DNA of 64,000 nucleotides from the human T2T-CHM13v2.0 reference genome, Homo sapiens: NCBI GenBank assembly GCA_009914755.4, contig CP086569.2, positions 19,904,001 to 19,968,000 of the forward strand, read 5' to 3'. Shown piece by piece: positions 60,503 to 64,000 of this stretch (position 1 is its first letter; each line of letters starts with the position of its first letter). The notes under the pieces were generated by a model. It saw only the letters and a program-made list of their open reading frames with translations, ran no database searches and was not told where the DNA came from. The position numbers and the translations under genes were made by a program.

Positions 60503-60718
60503 GAACCCCTGGGCTCAAGTGACTCTCCAAGTCTTGGCCTCTCAAGTATCTGGGACTACAGGCACACACCATCACATTCGGCTAAGTTTTATTTTTATTT
60601 TTGTAGACATGGGGTCTTTCTTGATATACTTCCCAGACTGGTTTTGAGCTCCTGATCTCAAGCGATCCTTCTGCCTCCGCCTCCCAAAGTGCTGGGGACT
60701 ATGCGCACCACATCTGAC
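60503..60718 (-). mobile_element. Alu SINE, partial
   Basis: Sequence ...gggctcaagtgactctccaagtcttggcctctcaagtatctgggactacaggcacacacc... Confidence 0.85.
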
Positions 60719-60859
60719 CTGTATCACACTTCAAGATGCAGGATGCACTGCATCGCTGATCCCAAATGCTGTTGTGTATCCCATTAAGATACCACAGGAC
60801 ATGTTGGATATGTTTACAAATATCAGGTAAGACAACTGAGTGACTTGCTACCCACAGTC

Positions 60860-61162
60860 TTTTTTTTTTTTTTTTTTTGAGATAAAGTCTTGCTCTGCCA
60901 CAAAAGATGGAGTGCAGTGGTGCAATCTCTGCTTACTGAAACCTCCCCCTCCTGGGTTCAAGTGATTCTCCTGCCTCAGCCTCCCGAGTAGCTAGGATTA
61001 CAGGCATGTGCCACCAAGCCCAGCTAAGTTTTTTCATATTTTTAGTAGAGATGGGGTTTTGCTGTGTTGGCCAGGCTGGTCTTGAATTCCTGGCCTCAAG
61101 TGATCTGCCCACCTCGGCCTCCTAAAGCACTGGGATTACAAGGGTAAGCCACCTCGCCTGGC
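60860..61162 (-). mobile_element. Alu SINE
   Basis: Poly-T then gagataaagtcttgctctgccacaaaagatggagtgcagtggtgcaatc... Confidence 0.95.
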
Positions 61163-61339
61163 CTGCAGCCTTTTTCACTTCAGGACACTGTTCCCGTGAA
61201 CTTAGCAAAGAAGGGTTTGGTAATTTAGTGATAACTTGAAACCAAAGCAGAAGATGAAACAATTATCTGGATGATTGTAGGGAGACCACCTGAAACTATT
61301 GCTACAGAATAAAAGATGAAATGCTCCTGATTATTGTAA

Positions 61340-62155
61340 ATACAAAATTACACGCAGGACTGTGTAAAGACAATGCCAGGTTGGACTGCCAGAATGACCC
61401 AACAGCGTGTGATGTGCTTCCCCTTGCAGACAACCTATAAATGGACATGCAGTCAGGGAGGTTTCATATCACCAAGGTTCCTATCCCAGAAAAGCAGATG
61501 TTCACAGCTCTGGGAATGGAATGTGACCCTTGTGGAGAGCTTATAAACGGATTCATGAAGGGCACCTGTCCATATGGATAAGATAGGGCTATAAATGTCC
61601 TCATCTTGCCACAGCTATTCTAGGCCTCTTTAGGGTTAAAGCATACTCCCTTCTGAGAATTTCTGGTCTAACTGGTTGTCTGGCTTCACGTCCTGTTTCT
61701 AAGGATTGCTGGTAACCAGCTTTTGCTGCAACTGTTACTGCTGATTAATATCTTGCTAATCACAGGTTATAGAAAGACTGTGTTTCTGTTTTAAGGCTCT
61801 GTTACAAATTACTGATGCACACATTATATTGTAAATTCTTATCTCTGTATACTGTGCTTTTGCATACAGATGTTATGTTAAAGAATTACTTCATTCCCAT
61901 GTGACCATCTCATCTCATAATCAAATGACCCTAAATCCCTCACTAACCTACCCTCGCCCTCACTAAACTTAATAATAAACGCTGGTATATCCAGTGCATT
62001 GTTGGCACCATGGGACAAGAAGGCAGTGACCCCCCTGGACTCAGCTTTCACTATCTTGTGTGTGTCTATTATTCCTTGACCTGCTGATCTGCCTGGGAAC
62101 AAAGAGAGCCCCACTGCATTGCGGGCTGCTGGTCAGATCCCGCAATAAATGACGA
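61340..62155 (+). mobile_element. Candidate solo LTR (family unassigned)
   Basis: A TG... start. Two AATAAA signals near the 3' end (about 61978 and about 62143). No coding potential. The segment is unique-looking between two Alus. Confidence 0.25.
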
Positions 62156-62611
62156 TAGTAAAAATAAGAGAATCTGGGTTTAAGTTGTTGCAGTAGGTAT
62201 GCCCAAATTGCACAGACTCACCTTCTCACCCACACCTCCAATTCAAATGCAGCTCATTCCATAAGGAGGTCGAGGGAGAAAGTCTATTTTGCACTCCTTG
62301 AATCTCTTCTCACTCGGCGATTGCTTTTACCAACAGAATGAAGCAAAAGTGAAGCTGTGTAGCTCAAGCTTCTGCTGCCCTACTGTTCTTGGTAGCCCCA
62401 ATGACTAGTCTGCTGGATGGTGAAAGGTGCAGGGCTCAGCTGACATCCAGCCAGCCATGTATCATACAGGAAGAATGACACATTGTTACCAAGTGGGTTT
62501 TAATGCAGGAATGCATGATTGGTTTAACATTGGAAGAACAATGTAATTAACAATATTTACAAACTAAGAAATCAAAACCAAATGATAAATAAATGTAAAA
62601 AAAAAATTATA

Positions 62612-62860
62612 GGGCCAAGTATGGTGGCTCACACCTGTAATCCTAACACTTTGGGAGTCCAACGCAGGTGGATCACCTGAGGTCAGGAGTTTGAGACCAG
62701 TCTGGCTAACATGGTGAAGCCCCGTCTCTACTAAAAATACAAAAATTAGCCTGACATGGTGGTGCACACCTGTGGTCCCAGCTCCTCAGGAAGCTGAGGC
62801 AGGAGAATCAATCAAACTTGGGATGCAAATGTTGCAGTAAGCCAAGACCACGGCAAAATA
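62612..62860 (+). mobile_element. Alu SINE, 3'-truncated
   Basis: Sequence gggccaagtatggtggctcacacctgtaatcctaacactttggg... Confidence 0.9.
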
Positions 62861-62879
62861 AATTATAAAATTCAATGTC

Positions 62880-63700
62880 CATTCCTGATAAACACTTAGC
62901 AAACTTGTAATAGAAGGGAACTTCCTCAACCTCATAAAGTGCCTTTATGGAACTCTACAGCAAACATCACGGTTAATGGTAAAAAAAGTAGGCGCTTTCC
63001 AATTACCGTCAGAAATAAGCCTGTGATGTCCACTCTCATCACTTCTTTTGAACACTGTACTGCAGGTTCTAGCCCAAGAGAAATGAGATAAAAGGTATCC
63101 AAGAAAGGAAAAAGTAAAACTGACTTTGTTTATTTCTGTAGAAAATCCAACAGAATCTATAAAAAGACACCAGAATTAATAATTGAGTTTAGTATGGTTG
63201 TAGGATACAAAACCAGCATATTTACAAAGTTGGTTTCCATCCCAGTTTAAAAAAAAATCAAAAATTAGAAAAGCAAAACCATTTACAACAGTATCAAAAT
63301 ATGAAATACTTAGGGATAAATCTGAAAAAAGATGTGTGAGATTCATACACTGAAAGCTAAAGCATTGCTAAGGAAAGCACAGTCCACCTAAATCAATGGA
63401 AGGATAAGCTGTGTTCATGAGTCAGAAGGCTCAAATTCACCAAAATGTCACTTCCTTCCAAATTAATCCACAAAGTCACTGCAATCCCAATTAAAATCCC
63501 AGCAGGCTTTTAAGTGAAAACTGACAAATTGATTCTAAAATTCATACAGAAATGTGAAAGACCTAAGATAACCAAAACATGTTTGAAAAAGGAAAAAAGT
63601 TGAAGGACTAATATTCTTTTGACTTAAAGGTTTATTAAAGCTACAGTAATCATGATGGTGTGTTTCTGGTGTAGTAACAGATAAATAAATTAAAGGAACA
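62880..63700 (+). mobile_element. Ancient L1M ORF2 (RT to C-terminus) fragment
   Basis: The decayed translation matches L1 ORF2: ...IKYLGINLTKEVKDLY-like KYLGINLKKDV, then [16 protein letters not shown] regions. For example ...tgaaatacttagggataaatctgaaaaaagatgtg... Confidence 0.75.
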
Positions 63701-63710
63701 AAATGATGTC

Positions 63711-64000
63711 CAGGGGCCCAATGCAGTGGCTCACACTTGTAATCCCAGCACTTTGGGAAGCCAAGGGAGGAGGACTGCTTGAACTCAGGAGTTTGAGACC
63801 AGCCTGGGCAGCACAGCAAGACCCCATCTCTACAAAAAATTCAAAAAAGAATAAAGTAGTCGAGCATGGTGGGGCACGGTGGTGCATGCCTGTAGTCCTA
63901 GCTACTTGGGAGGCTGAGGCGGGAGGATCGATTGAGCCCAGGAGTTTGAGGCTTCAGTGAGCTATGATCATGGCACTGAGCTCCAGCCTGGGAGACTGAG
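63711..64000 (+). mobile_element. Alu SINE (runs to the window end)
   Basis: Sequence caggggcccaatgcagtggctcacacttgtaatcccagcactttgggaagcc... Confidence 0.9.

Overview
The window is primate (almost certainly human) nuclear DNA from an intergenic or intronic region dense in interspersed repeats. It is not prokaryotic and carries no operon-like system. Roughly two thirds of it is recognisable transposable-element sequence. I find no convincing cellular protein-coding exon. Almost all ORFs in the six-frame track are decayed retroelement ORFs, Alu or simple-repeat translations, or GC-rich LTR artefacts.

Main contents:
- Positions 1-6060: the 3' two thirds of a class I endogenous retrovirus (pol RT, RNase H, integrase, env, 3' LTR) that resembles ERV3 (HERV-R), with env split by frameshifts and stops.
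- 8.9-14.7 kb, 20.6-26.5 kb and 33.8-37.1 kb: several ancient L1M copies, peppered with more than 30 Alu insertions.
- 10861-12805: a young L1PA with a classic twin-priming inversion and a 12-bp TSD, inserted into an L1M.
- 37134-41060: a 5'-intact L1PA with 15-bp TSDs, an ORF1 nonsense codon, ORF2 frameshifts and a ~2.1-kb internal deletion joining mid-ORF2 to the 3' UTR.
- 36227-36617: a MaLR (THE1/MST-type) LTR with a 5-bp TSD inside L1M ORF1.
- 41.5-49.9 kb, the most unusual stretch, contains: an ERV pol (RT/RNase H) remnant on the minus strand; a 6x ~45-bp tandem repeat; an LTR-like promoter module with CCAAT, GATA, tandem TGAGTCA, an octamer, a TATA-like box and ATTAAA; an inverted ~520-bp copy of that module 2.75 kb away; a CpG-rich segment; and an LTR12C (HERV9) solo LTR inserted into (GGAT)n microsatellite blocks.

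No previously undescribed biological system is evident. The findings are ranked accordingly.
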